64,000 nt of DNA, taken from Blastocladiella emersonii ATCC 22665 (lineage: Eukaryota; Fungi; Blastocladiomycota). Under the pieces are notes generated by a model. That model was not told the DNA's origin. It searched no databases and worked only from the letters and a program-made list of their open reading frames with translations. Position numbers and translations under genes: made by a program. The DNA is taken from contig JANHCV010000013.1 in NCBI GenBank assembly GCA_025594325.1, positions 496,001 through 560,000 on the forward strand. Direction: 5' to 3'. The first letter of the stretch is position 1. Each line of letters starts with the position of its first letter. Below are positions 11,050 through 23,354 of the stretch, in pieces.

Positions 11050-12867
11050 ATGAATCGAATGAAGACCAATTTTGACGTGGCCGAGCTGATAGAGCGCGTT
11101 CTCGTCTGCGCGGTGCACCTGAGCGACCCGGCGGACGTCGCGGGACTCATGCAGCATGCGCGGGTGCTGCCGCTGGACCGGATCCCCGCCGTCGCCATAG
11201 CCATCTTGCAGCACGCGCCCGCGCTCTCCATGGACGCGGCAAGCGCACGCGGCGCCGTTGGCGTGCTCGACAAGTGGCGCAGCTCTGGCTTGCCGCTCGT
11301 GTACTCGTCAGCCGCCCTGCGCGACGCGAACATGTCGTCGCTCGAGGTCATGGAGTGGTGGGCCGCATCGGGCCTCCCCATTGAACTTCCAGACTACAAC
11401 TCGGGCCGATCGCTGCGCGAGCACTGCACCCTTCAGTCTCTATGTCTATTATTTCCGGACAAGGTGCGTCGTTCGTTGTGGATCGCGGCTTACATCTCGA
11501 TGCTGACGAGCGCCAACACGTAACCCCAGCTGCCCGTCAGCGCAAACTGCGTCTCAATCGAGCAAGCGGTGACTTTGATTGCTTCCGGCCAAGCGACCGA
11601 GGTCGCGATTGCCAACCAGCACTGCTCGCTCGCGGCCATCGCGCAGCTCAACGCGGCCATGGCAAGCCCCGACCAGGTGCTGCGCTCGCTCAAACTGAAG
11701 CAGTGTACGCTCGACATCCCGCGGCTCCTCGAGTTCCGCTTCCCCGACTCTCTCACCCACCTCGAGTGGAAACAGGGCTGGACCTCGCGGCGCGTTGGTC
11801 CCAAGCAGTTTGAGTAGTGGTCGTGGCCGCCGCTGCTCGAGTCGCTCTCACTCGCGTGGATTGCGCCAGGCGGCCACTCGGAGCTCTTCTTCCGCTCATT
11901 TCCCGAGACTCTACGGTCGCTCTCGCTCGAATATGTTACGCTTGAGCCGAGCGAGTACTGCTGCTTCTCGCTGCTCCCGCGCGGGATCACGGACCTGACG
12001 CTGCGCGGCTGCCAGCTCGAGGGCGACGCGTTTGGAATCCTCTTCCCGCACCTCCCGCCCGCCCTCGTTTCGCTCGATCTTCGGGCCAACTCGCTCACCG
12101 CGACGCAGCTCAGCGCCGTGTACCACCATCTTCCACCGACGCTGCGCTCGCTCAACCTGTTCAACACGGACATTTTCCGCGCCGACATCTCGAGCGGCGA
12201 CGAGGACGAGATTGACACGTCGTTGCTCGGCTGGACGCTCCCTGCTGGTCTCGATGTGCTCAAGATGGGGCACTGCAGCGAGACCTGGTCGAAGCGAGAA
12301 CGCGCTTCCAAGAACCGCGGGATGGCGCGGGCCATGCTTGCCGCCATGCTCGCTGCGTCGGTCCCACCCAACCTCGTATCCATGCACCTAACCAACGTCG
12401 AGCTGTGCGACGCTCCGCACCAACCCTTGGAAAACGTTTTCCGCTCGCGCACCAACCGCTTCCACCCTGGCGCACCCTCGCCCTCCGCTATGGCGCTCCT
12501 CGCCCCGCGCTTGTCTCCGTCGCTGCGCGAGCTGAACCTCCGCCACACGTGCATCGGCGCAGCGGGTGCGCGGCTGCTCGCGGACCACATGCCGCCGGGA
12601 CTTGTGCTGCTTGACGTATCGCGGGCGGACATTGACGACATGGCGGTGGGTGTGCTCGCGCCGGTGCTCCCGCAAACGCTCAAGGACGTGGATCTCGGGT
12701 GGAGCCTGTTCACAAACGCGGGCGCGCGTGTGCTCGCGGCTCACCTTCCCGACGGGCTCGCGCGGCTCGGACTGAGCAGGATGGCGCTTGGCCGCGAGGT
12801 GCTCGAGCTGCTCAATGCCAAGCTTGCAATCAAGCCGGAGCTCTTGGAGGATGAGGGCGACTGGTGA
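11050..12867 (+). pseudogene. Family D copy D1: ankyrin-like repeats + RNI-like LRRs, one in-frame TAG
   Basis: Exon 1 11050-11463 (MDAASARGAVGVLDKWRSSGLPLVYS), intron 11464-11529 (GTGCGT..CCCCAG), exon 2 with many LPxxLxxLxL repeats. A single TAG at 11815-11817 lies where D2 has Ser (FESWSWP), and the frame continues to 12867. A sequencing error cannot be excluded. Confidence 0.75.
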
Positions 12868-14251
12868 CAGGGGCTCGGTCGCACGGCGGCTCTCAGCTGA
12901 TGAATAGAGTAGGGTAGAAGTGTTGCGCTGACAGAACCTGAGCCCGATTCTGAAGCAAAGATGTCGGCCGAGTTGAGCAGACAAGGTGCGTTCGCACAGA
13001 TGCAACCAGCGAGCCGAGCGTCTCTCAAACGCCAACGCTGGCGATTACATGACACATAGTTGGATTTGCATCAAGTGATTCGAGCCGTCCATGAATCGAG
13101 GTTTGCGGGAAGAGGGAAAGATGACCGGCGCGTGATTCAAAGTCGCGTCGCGTCACGTTTCGCCTTTCGCCTTTCGCTTCTCCGCGAGCCGAGCCCTTCC
13201 TATCTCCTGCTCTTTACGCTCGACGCACCCGCTTCGGCGGCACTCCATGCAATCACTCTAGACGCGAGTTTATATCCGGCCGACCCCACTCTTCAAACCT
13301 GCCGCGGACTTGAGCTGCCGTCGGCCGAGTGCGGCGTCATCTGGCTACGCTAGGCCTCTACATGTTACTTGATGTAACACCTGGGCGTCGCCGGCCAAAG
13401 AACAACTCCGCCGCACTCAAGGATGGACGAGGTGCTGTCCTCCAGTCGATGACGTCAGCAACGATGGTTGTTCAACGTGGTTGCGCAACCTTGTGAAAAC
13501 GTTACGAGCAGCGTGCGAACTGGTGCGACCTGCGGCTGTTTGCTCCGCTGACGGCGTGCTGACTGACCTACGCGCATCATGTTTCTAGGATCGCCATCAG
13601 TTGCACTGCTCAAGTGATCTCACTTCGCAGCTCAGCCTGAAGCCGGGCAGGGTTGCGCAATCAGTCCAGACCGCCGCCGACTCGTCACTCTTGCACCTCG
13701 ACCCTCGTTCGCAGGTCGCCCGATTCGCGATCTCGCCCACCCGTCGGCCGCTCTTCTCCCTCACATTCTATGCGGCCCCTGCGGTCGGCTCAAGCTGGGC
13801 CCGACCCGCTCGCCAGCTTCAGCAGATGCCGCCCGCTGATCGCGTTCATCGTGTCGAGGGAGGATCGCGTTCCTTCCGCTCGCTCTGCTGGATCTGGCGC
13901 CGGGACTGGGTACACTGTGTCATCGCTGCGATCGTCGCGTTCGTTTGCGTGGGGTCTGGTCAGCGCCATGGCGAGTGGGCGGGGCCGCGAGTCGGATCGA
14001 CTGTGCGCAGAGGATTGGTCGGCGGCCGAGTCCGGCGCGTGGGACGCGTCGTATAGAAGCAACTTGCTGTAGTACCTGAGTATCGCGCGCGAGAGGCTTG
14101 GTGAGAGCATCAGCGAGCGACGCGTCGCGATATCACGTTGTGCGGTGCGGCTCGGTGGAGCGGAAGCCACCGCACCGTGCACCGCACCGGTCACCGCTAG
14201 GCCTCCGCTCTCGCTCCTCGTTTCCCGCATCAACTGCATGTATCTCTCTCC

Positions 14252-15145
14252 ATGAAGAGCTCCAACTCCATGCAATCACAACCATCTTCAATGTCGCGCC
14301 AACCGCGGCAGTATGCGCGTCGTGTGCGCACGGCGGCCAATGTGCCCATCAGCCCGACGCTGCTTCCGCCACGAGGTCCGTATCCACCGCTTCTTGCCTG
14401 ATTGTGTGATCACCGGCGGACATCAATGACTTTGAGCATCTGGCTGACGAACCTTGCAGCCCACGCGACGCTCGCACGGCTCAAGACGACGTACCCCGAA
14501 TACGACTTTTACATCAACGTCAACGGCAGCTTGGTCCTCGAGTCGGCAACGGGAACCTTGCATCCCACGACATGTCCCGCTTGCAACATGGAGTTGTGCG
14601 TATCCCTCGCCATCCTCCCTCGCGTCGTCACGACTCACTCTGTCCGAACCGCCCACGTGTCTAGCAAACGCTCCAACGACCTCGCGCGCCACTTCCACAC
14701 GGCACACGCGAGCGAAACGCTTCTGTTTGGCTGCGTTAGCGGGTGCACGGGCCGGACCAACCGCCGCGACCACTTTCTTGCCCATCTGCGCCGCAACTTG
14801 ACCACCTGCACGCTTTCGTTCCTTGTCGAACTCGCGCGAGGTGGCGGCGACTCGAACGGAGCTGGCAATGGTGCGCCGCGCGACGTCGAACTTATGACAA
14901 CTGTTGCGGCCCTGTACCCCGATCCCGAGCGAGGCGACGACGACGACGACGGGATCGCGTCGCTCACGAGCGCCGAGCGACTTGCGCTTTTTGTCAACGA
15001 GATCGGCTTCGACCAACTCAACGAGGTGCTCGCGTCGCTTGGCAAGGACGCGGTGCCCGAGGGGCTTCCTTACCCGCTCACTATTGGTACGGCTTTATGG
15101 AATGCAAGTCAAGACTTGACTGCTTGGGCTCGTCTAGCGTCGTGA
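14252..15145 (+). CDS. C2H2 zinc-finger protein, about 246 aa, 3 exons
   Basis: Exons 14252-14375, 14460-14595 and 14665-15145. Removing intron 14596-14664 (GTGCGT..TCTAG) gives the canonical finger CPACNMEFKRSNDLARHFHTAH, followed by a second finger-like CVSGC...RRDHFLAH. The first exon is less certain. Confidence 0.8.
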
Positions 15146-16648
15146 CGGCATACTGACCTGATCCGCGCTCGGCCCACACTTCTGTGTAGCGGCCTTTGGC
15201 GTCGATCCACCGCCACCTGATGCTGCTCCTGCTGTAGCGCAATTGACTCGCACAGGGCCATCATCTCGCGCAACGCCATCGACTCGCGCAGCTTCATCTT
15301 CCTGCGCGGCGCCACCGGCTTGCCTCGGAAACGGGATCGCTGCGGTGCCTGCTTCGACCAGCGAAGTCCCACTTGTGCCTTCTCTCACGCTTCCGCTTCC
15401 GCCTTCGCCTCTTCGCCTTTCGCCTCTGTTGGTGCTGCATGACAAGCCCGATCAAACTTTGGACCTTCCTCTCAATCATACCCCCGAGCACCACGCGCTT
15501 CGCTTACATTTGAACACGACACACAACTCGCTTCCCCTGCCTCTCGATTCGGTTGACGTTGATGGTGCTGCAGTGGGAGTAGCTCCGTTCGCATGCATCG
15601 ACCAAGTGAGCGAGGTCGATCTTGGCAACCCATCCCCGCCGGCCATGGGCTCAGTCGCGACCACGAGTGCGCCAGCGCCCGAGTCGTTGAGCTGGCTTGC
15701 CGTCGTAGCGGCCGCGCGCGAGCGCGACGCGACAGCCGGACCATCGACTTTGGAGCCTCGGCACGCCACCCAGTCCCCGCCTTCACCTTTTGATGGTCCA
15801 ACACCGTCTACCCGCACGCAGTTGCTTGAATTCGACGAGGTTGACACCCATCGACTCGTCGTGTTAGCACGCGCGGCGGGGATACGCGTTTCGCTGCACC
15901 GGAGCTCCACGCCTGCTACGAGCCTGCCCGTCGAGCCGCTCCCGTCACCGCTGGACGGCAGCGGGCAGCGGACCAGGCGTAGGCGCCATTCTTCAAGTAC
16001 GCGGTACTTGCCTTACTAGCCGCGTGATGTATGGGAATGGAAGCGTTATAGAACATTGTTCGGCCTCGCGCATCAGCACCGCGAGGAACTTGACGGGCGG
16101 ACGTGGTCGCCCTCGGATGCAAGTCCAAGTCCCCACGAGCTTGATTACGAAATCAAACCGCTGCGTTTGTGCTCTAAAGGTCATCTGCGCTGTGAAAGGA
16201 GAGGCGGTGCAGGCTGAGGCGAGGGCGATCCGCGTGGGCCCATGGACGTGTCGCGATATCACGTTTTCGTCTCCACCGCACCGCGAGACACTGCTCCGAC
16301 CTCACCGCCCCCGCCGCCGTGCCTCTTCGCACCTCTCCTTGAAGCCTCGCACTCCGACCCCTCGTCCAGCACAACTGCGACTCTTATCACCGACCATCAG
16401 TGACCGCGCTGCGCCGAGCGACCAGCCCCGCGTCCCTCGCCGCGGTCGCCTCGTTCCAATCCGGCGTGCACGAGGGAGTCGATCGGAACACGAGGGACAC
16501 GCCCCTGCAGATCCCGCGTATCCGTCCTCGGTGGCGGCCCGCGAACAACGAGTGCTACAAGAGGAGGGTGTGCCCGCCGTGTGCCGCAGCTTCTTCACTC
16601 CTCCCGCATACCCGGCCTCCCCCGCTATCTATTCCCGTCGACCTGCCC

Positions 16649-17917
16649 ATGCGAGCCGTTGCAGTTGCCGCACTCTCTTCCGCCTTGGGGGCGAGTGCTG
16701 CTCGGCCGACGTGGACCGCACTCGCCCGCCGCGGGCCGCCCGCTCCCCTCTCGCTCCCGCACTCAACGATACGGAGATACAACTGCCCGCAACGCACCCT
16801 CTACACCGCCATGGACCGCATGCATTCCACTCCGACCGACGCTCCGGCACTCTCCTCGGCGTCGACGGCGCCACCGACCGCCCCGTCAGCGACGTCAACG
16901 CCCGGGATCATGGGCTCGCTGCGCCGCAGCATGTCGAGCCTCTCGCTGCGCTCCATCATCTCGACCACGTCGGCCGCCGCCAGCACGCTGTCGCGCGGCG
17001 CTGCCTCGGTTGCCGCTGCCGCCACGAGCTCGGCGTCCGCCGCCACCGCGACCGTCGAAGAGTACCCCGAAGACGTCGACTTCGCCGACGACGACCCGTG
17101 CGCGAGCTGCGCCGACCCGTGCGCCGAGCACCCGCAAATGTCGGCGCGCCTGCAGGCCAAGGTCAGCACGTCGTCGATGCTCGGCAGCGTCAAGCCGTAC
17201 TCGCACCACCTCGTCGTGTGTTCGGGCAACACGGCGCACTCGTGGGCCGCGCGCGTCGAGACCGAGTCGGCGCTCGCGCGCGCCGTCGGGAAAGCTGCCG
17301 ACGCCATGCAGACGTCGACGGTCGTGCGGCCGGGCGTCAACCGCGTCCTCGCGACCGTGTGCGACCGCGCGTCGTCGGCAGGCTCGCCGGGTCACTACTG
17401 GGACGACGCGGGGAACGAGATCGAGTGCGCGGACGTCATGGTGTTCCCGGACCGCGTGGTCCTGACGCACGTCACAGCAGCCAACGCCGAGGCCGTCATC
17501 ACGTCGTACTTCGCGCACGGCGAGGTCCGCCCCGACGCCTTCCCCGACGCGACGTGCACCGCGGGCGCGCCGGCGGTCGCCCCCCTCGACATTGAGCAGT
17601 GCGTGCTCGTGTGCGCGCACAAGAAGCGCGACTCGCGGTGTGGCGAGGCGGCGCCGCTCCTGATCCGCGCGTTCCAGGAGGAGGTGGACGCGTACGAGTC
17701 GTCGGCGACGCTCACCCCGCACAGCGTTGGCATCTACGGCACCACGCATATCGGCGGGCACAAGTTTGCGGGTACACTCATCGTCTACCGCGAGCGCGAG
17801 GGACACTGGTACGGCCGCGTGCGCACGTGCGACGTGCCGATCCTCGTCCGCGAGCAGCTCGTCGACGGCAAGCCCGTCAAGAAGTTCTGGCGCGGACGCA
17901 TGTCGCCCGCGTCGTGA
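16649..17917 (+). CDS. APD1: APD1/AIM32-family sucrase/ferredoxin-like (thioredoxin-like ferredoxin) protein
   Basis: CASCADPC, GSVKPYSHHLVVCSG, VMVFPD, VLVCAHKKRDSRCG (Cys ligands), THIGGHKFAG (His ligands), WYGRV, FWRG. Start at ATG 16649 or 16811. Confidence 0.9.
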   Translation: MRAVAVAALSSALGASAARPTWTALARRGPPAPLSLPHSTIRRYNCPQRTLYTAMDRMHSTPTDAPALSSASTAPPTAPSATSTPGIMGSLRRSMSSLSLRSIISTTSAAASTLSRGAASVAAAATSSASAATATVEEYPEDVDFADDDPCASCADPCAEHPQMSARLQAKVSTSSMLGSVKPYSHHLVVCSGNTAHSWAARVETESALARAVGKAADAMQTSTVVRPGVNRVLATVCDRASSAGSPGHYWDDAGNEIECADVMVFPDRVVLTHVTAANAEAVITSYFAHGEVRPDAFPDATCTAGAPAVAPLDIEQCVLVCAHKKRDSRCGEAAPLLIRAFQEEVDAYESSATLTPHSVGIYGTTHIGGHKFAGTLIVYREREGHWYGRVRTCDVPILVREQLVDGKPVKKFWRGRMSPAS

Positions 17918-17994
17918 GCGTTTGGGTGAGTTGATGAAGAAGAATACATGTAATACGCTAGATGTTACAACCACAGGTTGGTGGTGATCCAAAA

Positions 17995-20374
17995 TCAAGG
18001 CGAGCGGCTGCCAAAGATCCGTTGCATGTGCGCCTCGTGGCTGCGGCGGTCGGTTCGCGCGATAAGCTTCTGCTGGATGTTCTCTACGGTTTGAGAGAAG
18101 CCAGGCTGGCTCGTGGCGATGGGAGCGACGCGCTTGAGCTGCGTGACGAGCGGCCCGGCATACGAGGTCGTAACGAGTTGGCCGAGCTCATAGCAAGTGG
18201 CAACGCCGCCGTCAAAGATGCCCGCGGGCAGGAGCTCGATCACCTCGTCCACTACGTCACGGTTGCGCTTGAGGAAGAGGAACATCGACCGCGGATCCGC
18301 GCGGGCGACCGACCCATACACGTGCTGGAGCGGCCCATTCGGGACCAGCTTGGCACAGCAATTGTTGCCGCACTCGTCATCCCGGAGCTCCTTGAACAGG
18401 CCGACAAATTCACCCGTGATCAAGGCCGATTCCTCGTAGTATCGGTTTTCGTAAGCGGAAAGCGCGGTGGGGAAGCGGGCGAGCAGGGCAGTGAGTGGGC
18501 ACTCGGAGCAGAGCTGGAGCTCTGTAGTGTAGTAGGAGCAGGGGTGTTGCTCGTCGACGCTGGCCCAGAGGATTGCGCCGAGAAAGTACGGCGCCGAGCC
18601 CGTCTCGGCCAGGATATCGAGAGCACGAGTTCGCGTGCTTGGAGCGGCAAGCGCGGCAACGGCGATAAGCGCCGTCCAGGTCGTGACCTCGGTCAGGTCG
18701 ACCACTTCGGCGCCGTTCATGCTCAAGGCTCGAGCGATGATTGAGAGGAGGTCGAGCGCGTCGATGAAAAGCCGCCAGTTGGGCAAGTTTTCGAGTGACT
18801 TGGCCATCGAGCTGCTGCGCGCGAGAATCTGAGCGAATTCCACGGTCAAGTCGCTTGAAGCAGTCTGGCGCGCGAGCCAGATCACGCCTGCGAGTCCCGC
18901 ATATTCAAGTGAAGTTTTGAAGGCTGTACGCGGTGTCAGTCGGGATCGGGGCAACACAACACGTAACATATCTAGAATGGCGCGTACCAGCGAGGAGGAG
19001 CTCGTCCCATTGTTCAGGGGCGACGCGGCTACGCGCAAAATCGACCGCCCAGTGCGAGTAGAACAACTCAAAGATCGGGCCCTCCAAGGCCGAGACCACG
19101 AACTCGCACCAGTCAGGGAACGCGAGGTCGAGGGCGCCGCTGCAGCTCAACAGATTCGTCAGCTCGGCCTGCTTGATTCGCCCGTCGCGAACCCAGCGCA
19201 TGACCGTACCCCTCAAGGCCTTCTTGTCCTCGACCGTGTGGCCAACCAAGACAACACTCGCGTGGTTCGTCACGGATCGAGCCAGTGCGCCGGACCCAAG
19301 GATCGAGATGATACGAACAAGGGAGGCCTTGTCGTTGTTGTAAGAATTGGCGTTCCACCCGTCCGGGACCGTCCAGCTGTTGCTGAGAAGCCAATCAAGA
19401 ACGCGGGCGGCGCGCGCCCACTTGGCCACCATTTCATTGGTTTTGGGCACATTTTAAAAGTTTGCCAGACTCTTGATCCGGCCCACGATAAGCGACGCCA
19501 GTTCGTTTTGAGAGGCAAACGCGACAAGTGGAGCCAAGCCGCAGCCTGACTTGCAAACAGCCCGAAGGAGGTCATCGTTCAAGCCAAGGAAGGCCAAAAC
19601 ACCAAGGAAATCAACCAGCCGAAGCGTTGTTTGTGAAACGTTGCCGCTGAGGCCCGACGTGCTCGGCCGCATGTCGTGAGGGCATAGGAACATCCACTGC
19701 CACCAGGGCAGCGCCAAGCTCAAGACCTGCGGCGTCGCGCGAGCCATTTCGGTCACCAGGGACTCGAACAGGGCGGGCAAAGGAGCCGCGGCCGCTTCGA
19801 TAATGACGCGAAAGAAGGGGTCAAGCGGCTCCTGCAAAACTTTTGTTAGACTCGGTGGGGTCACAGGCATGTCCCAAACAGGCGGTACGCAAAGTGGCAC
19901 AAGATCGGTAGCCGACTTGCCGAGCGCAAACGCGGCCAGCCGGTCCCCGCCGACGCAGGACGCAAACGCGCGAAGAAGAATGTGCCGATTATCGGGCGCC
20001 GCTTGCGTGACGGTTTGATCCAGCGGGCGGTGTATCAAATAGGGATAAGTTGGCATCGCGGAATGGTAGCTGGTTTATGCAGAGGCATAGCTTGGTCGAA
20101 TGGAAAAAGCCTGGTTCATGCTCGCATAGCCATATGAGCCCCTGGTTGCTCCGTAGTCAAGAGTGGGGACGGAAGGGATACCCGAGCGAGGGAGGCGATA
20201 GTAGCAAGGATAGGTCCAGAAGCTGAGAGTGCGAGGCTCGCGGACAGCCGAGGCAAGCAGGCCCGAGCAAGCCGGCACGCAATCTCGAGAGTCGGCGAGC
20301 CGTGAGACTTCGGCGAGCACCTCGGCAGGCAGGTCGCCTAGACCAAGGGTTGCATGTTGCATCGAGTCGTTCAT
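17995..20374 (-). pseudogene. Family A copy A2, disabled
   Basis: Frame is preserved but there are in-frame TAA codons at 20077-20075 and 19456-19454. The conserved intron is 18987-18924 (WDELLLA-A-FKTSLE). A 10-codon in-frame deletion removes xYQQPWRDAL (CSECPL|TALLARFP). Confidence 0.75.
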
Positions 20375-21204
20375 TGGTTACTGCTGCATGGGTGCTGCTT
20401 GCGAGGGAGAGGGTGGAGCCAGGCGCGGAGCGAGCGAAAAGGTGCGAGCGGCAAGCCCGCGCGCATCACGCCGCGGGTCACATGATAACTCGACGCGTCT
20501 CCCACAGGCGCAGTGACGCTCGCCGTGAAGCAGCGCTTGGCTCCTACTCGATCGAAAATCGCGTGCTGAAAATCTCCACGCCGATCGACCGTACTCGGTC
20601 GCGTCTATGGACGAACATGCTCAGACAGACGAGAACGAGGGGAGATCGACTTCTCACTGTGTTTCTGATCGGAGTTTACGTCACTTTGCTTGCACAATAA
20701 TCACCGCGATAATGGCCAGAGACCCGTAAAGCTTGGCCGACACCCATCACGTGTGGAGCAGCCTCAAGCCTGTCGGCCATCACTTCGAGATATCCGCACT
20801 TCCACGAGGCCGAGATGGAAGAAATAAGCGCGAATACGAAGCAAACGTGCTCAGAAATACAAAACATCGAAATGCTTCCTGGCCCGGAATCATTGCTTCG
20901 CTTTTAATTGGCACGCCTCGAAACAGCCGCAGGGGATTGATCTCTGAAATCTGTCACTACCGCAAGATTCAACCTTCCAAACGGTGATTGAACTCGATGA
21001 ATCCACAACCTGCAGCTGGAGGCCACCTCGCTCAGCCCACGCACCAACAACGCGTGTTCAACACAGCCCGTGGCGTGCGAGTCGCCCATCACCTTGCTCT
21101 TCTTTCAGAGTTGAGAGCTCCATCGCTGAGCCCTTCCTGGAGGGCTAAATGAAGTTGCTCTCTACACCCATTTTCACTTCCGATGAGACAGTCAGCGACC
21201 AGAA

Positions 21205-21860
21205 CGCGACTAAACCGCGACTAAAACGCGACTAAACCGCGACTGAACCGCGACTGAACTGCAACTAAACCTCGACTGAACCGCGACTGAACCTCGACTA
21301 AACCGCGACAGAACCATGGACAAACCAAGACCAAACCGTGACTGAACCTCGACTAAACCTCGACTAAACTCAGACTAAACTCAGACTAAACCTCGACTAA
21401 ACTCAGACTAAACCGTGACTGAACCATGACTGAACCACGAGTAAACCTAGAGTAAACCTAGAGTATATCTAAACTCAACATCGACCGAAGACAGAGTAAA
21501 CCTAGAGCAAACCAGAGCAGAATTCTATTCGACTTGAGTCAGACTATGAGCAGACCCTGAAACTTCCACATCAACCCCAAAGTAGACTCAGACTGAACGC
21601 AAAGTAAACTCAGACTAAACTAAAACTAAACTGAAATTAAATCCGAGCAAAAGCAGATCAGACCCGGACCAAACGCAGACTAAACTGAAACCAAAACCAG
21701 ACTAAACGCAGACCAAACGCAAACTAGACTCGGACTAAACGCAAACTAGACTCAGACCAGACTGAAATTGAATGAAGCCAGCGCCGAGACAACTCGGAGC
21801 AAACCTGAATAAGACCTGAGTGGACTGAAAGCAGACTGAAAGCAGACTTGGACCAAAACC
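21205..21860 (+). repeat. Left subterminal tandem array, 11-bp unit ACCGCGACTAA, degenerating inward
   Basis: Repeated GACTAAAC/GACTGAAC/CAGACTAAAC at about 11-bp spacing. Confidence 0.9.
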
Positions 21861-21889
21861 AGACCAGAACGCGACCAGACAGTCTGCTC

Positions 21890-22530
21890 CCATTTCACTT
21901 ATTTCACTCCCCTGCTTAATAACTCCCAAAGCACAACTCAGGAGACCTCCATGGCCTGTCGCGTAGTAGTAGATTCCGTCGAGAAAATACGCGCTATCGC
22001 AAGGGTTGGGCACCTGAGGTCAGCTACGCGCCACAAGGCCAGCCTGCCTACACCCCATGTATCTCACTGCCCTGCTTAATAACGCCCAACGCACAGCTCA
22101 GAAGACCTTTATGAACTTACGCGTAGTATTATATTCCATTGCGAAATTATTTGATATCGCAAAGGGAAAGGCACGCAATGTCAGCTGCGTGCCACAAGCA
22201 CGATTTGCCCTTTCCCCCCATATTTCACTCTCCTTCTTAACACCACCCAACTCTCTTCTCAGGAGCCTTAAAAAGCACTGGAGTTAGTAGTAGATTCCGC
22301 TCAGAAGTTACGCGATGTCGCAAAGGGGTGAGCACGCAAGGTTAGTTACGCGTCACAAGGCCGTCCCGCTCAGACCCCACTTATTTCTCTTTCTTGCTTG
22401 GTGTCGTACAACTCACAGCTCAGAGAATCTCTAAAGCCTTGCGAGAAGTAGTAGATTCCGCCGAGAGGTCGCGCGATAACGCAAAGGGGTGAGCACGCGA
22501 GGTTAGGTACGCGACGCGGGCCAGGCTGGC
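21890..22530 (+). repeat. About four degenerate tandem copies of a 160-161 bp unit
   Basis: The anchor GTAGTAGATTCC-like motif ends at 21977, 22137, 22298 and 22459. Also shared: CGCAA(A)GGG, CTGCTTAATAAC, CACAGCTCAG. Confidence 0.8.
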
Positions 22531-23354
22531 TTGCCACGCTGCGAATATCGATGGACCACTCGAGCGCAAGGCTTCGGCAGCATGCTTGGCAACCCAGTAA
22601 GAGCGCGCCCGAGTGTCCATCACGTATCCTTAGACGAATTGTTTGAGCTGACCATGAGCGACCAAACGTGCAAGGGTGCAGTCAAGTCTGCGCTCAGCGG
22701 CGTGCCCATAAAGTAGTTGCCTGGCCCATTTCACTGCGCGGAATTGGCCAAGCTCACTGAAAAGCCGTGAGGGCGCGATCTACGGGGACCGTGGCAGCGC
22801 GCCACGAGCCCCGCTCCTTGCAAGGGCAGCAACAAAAGGCGAGTCGTGGTCGTGCTTCAGGTTGGGCACCACTTGTTGCAAGAACTCAAGACGATGACCT
22901 TCCTCTCAAGCCATCGTTTGGGCTGCCGCGGCGGTGACTTTACCCGCTACGTGCACGCCAACAACGCTGCCCCACAGTGTGGCGACGGGTCGGGGCGTTC
23001 GGGGCGTGGGACCGCTCTCCGCGGCGTAAAGGTCTGTGCCAACGGCCCATAAACAGATTGCATCAAGTCACATGGGCATAAGATTCATGAGAACAGGTAT
23101 TCATGGATGTCCGCGGTCGCTTGGAGGAGCGGGGCAGGGAGCGGGGCTCGGCGCTCGTTTCGTTTCAGCCGCCGGCTCGGCCGCGTGCACTTGAGCCACG
23201 CGCGGGACACGGCGTGCCGACCTCGACCCCGGCGTCGCTCCCAAACACCGCATCTCGCGGCCCGCTCACTCCGTGCATCGGCGTAACCATCTCAATAGCA
23301 GCTCGCTTGGCCGTCCCACCCGCCGCTCCCTTCGCTCTGTCCGACTTCCCTGCC

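Noticed and set aside
11490-12713. 407-aa minus-strand ORF and similar antisense ORFs (2571-3431, 16895-17998, 17962-18744)
   Set aside because: Antisense shadows of the LRR, Hsp70, APD1 and A2 coding regions.
17995-20374. Alternative genetic code explaining the in-frame stops
   Set aside because: All three stop codons appear as internal lesions and also terminate intact genes, and the aligned residues differ (Ser, Cys, Glu, Pro).
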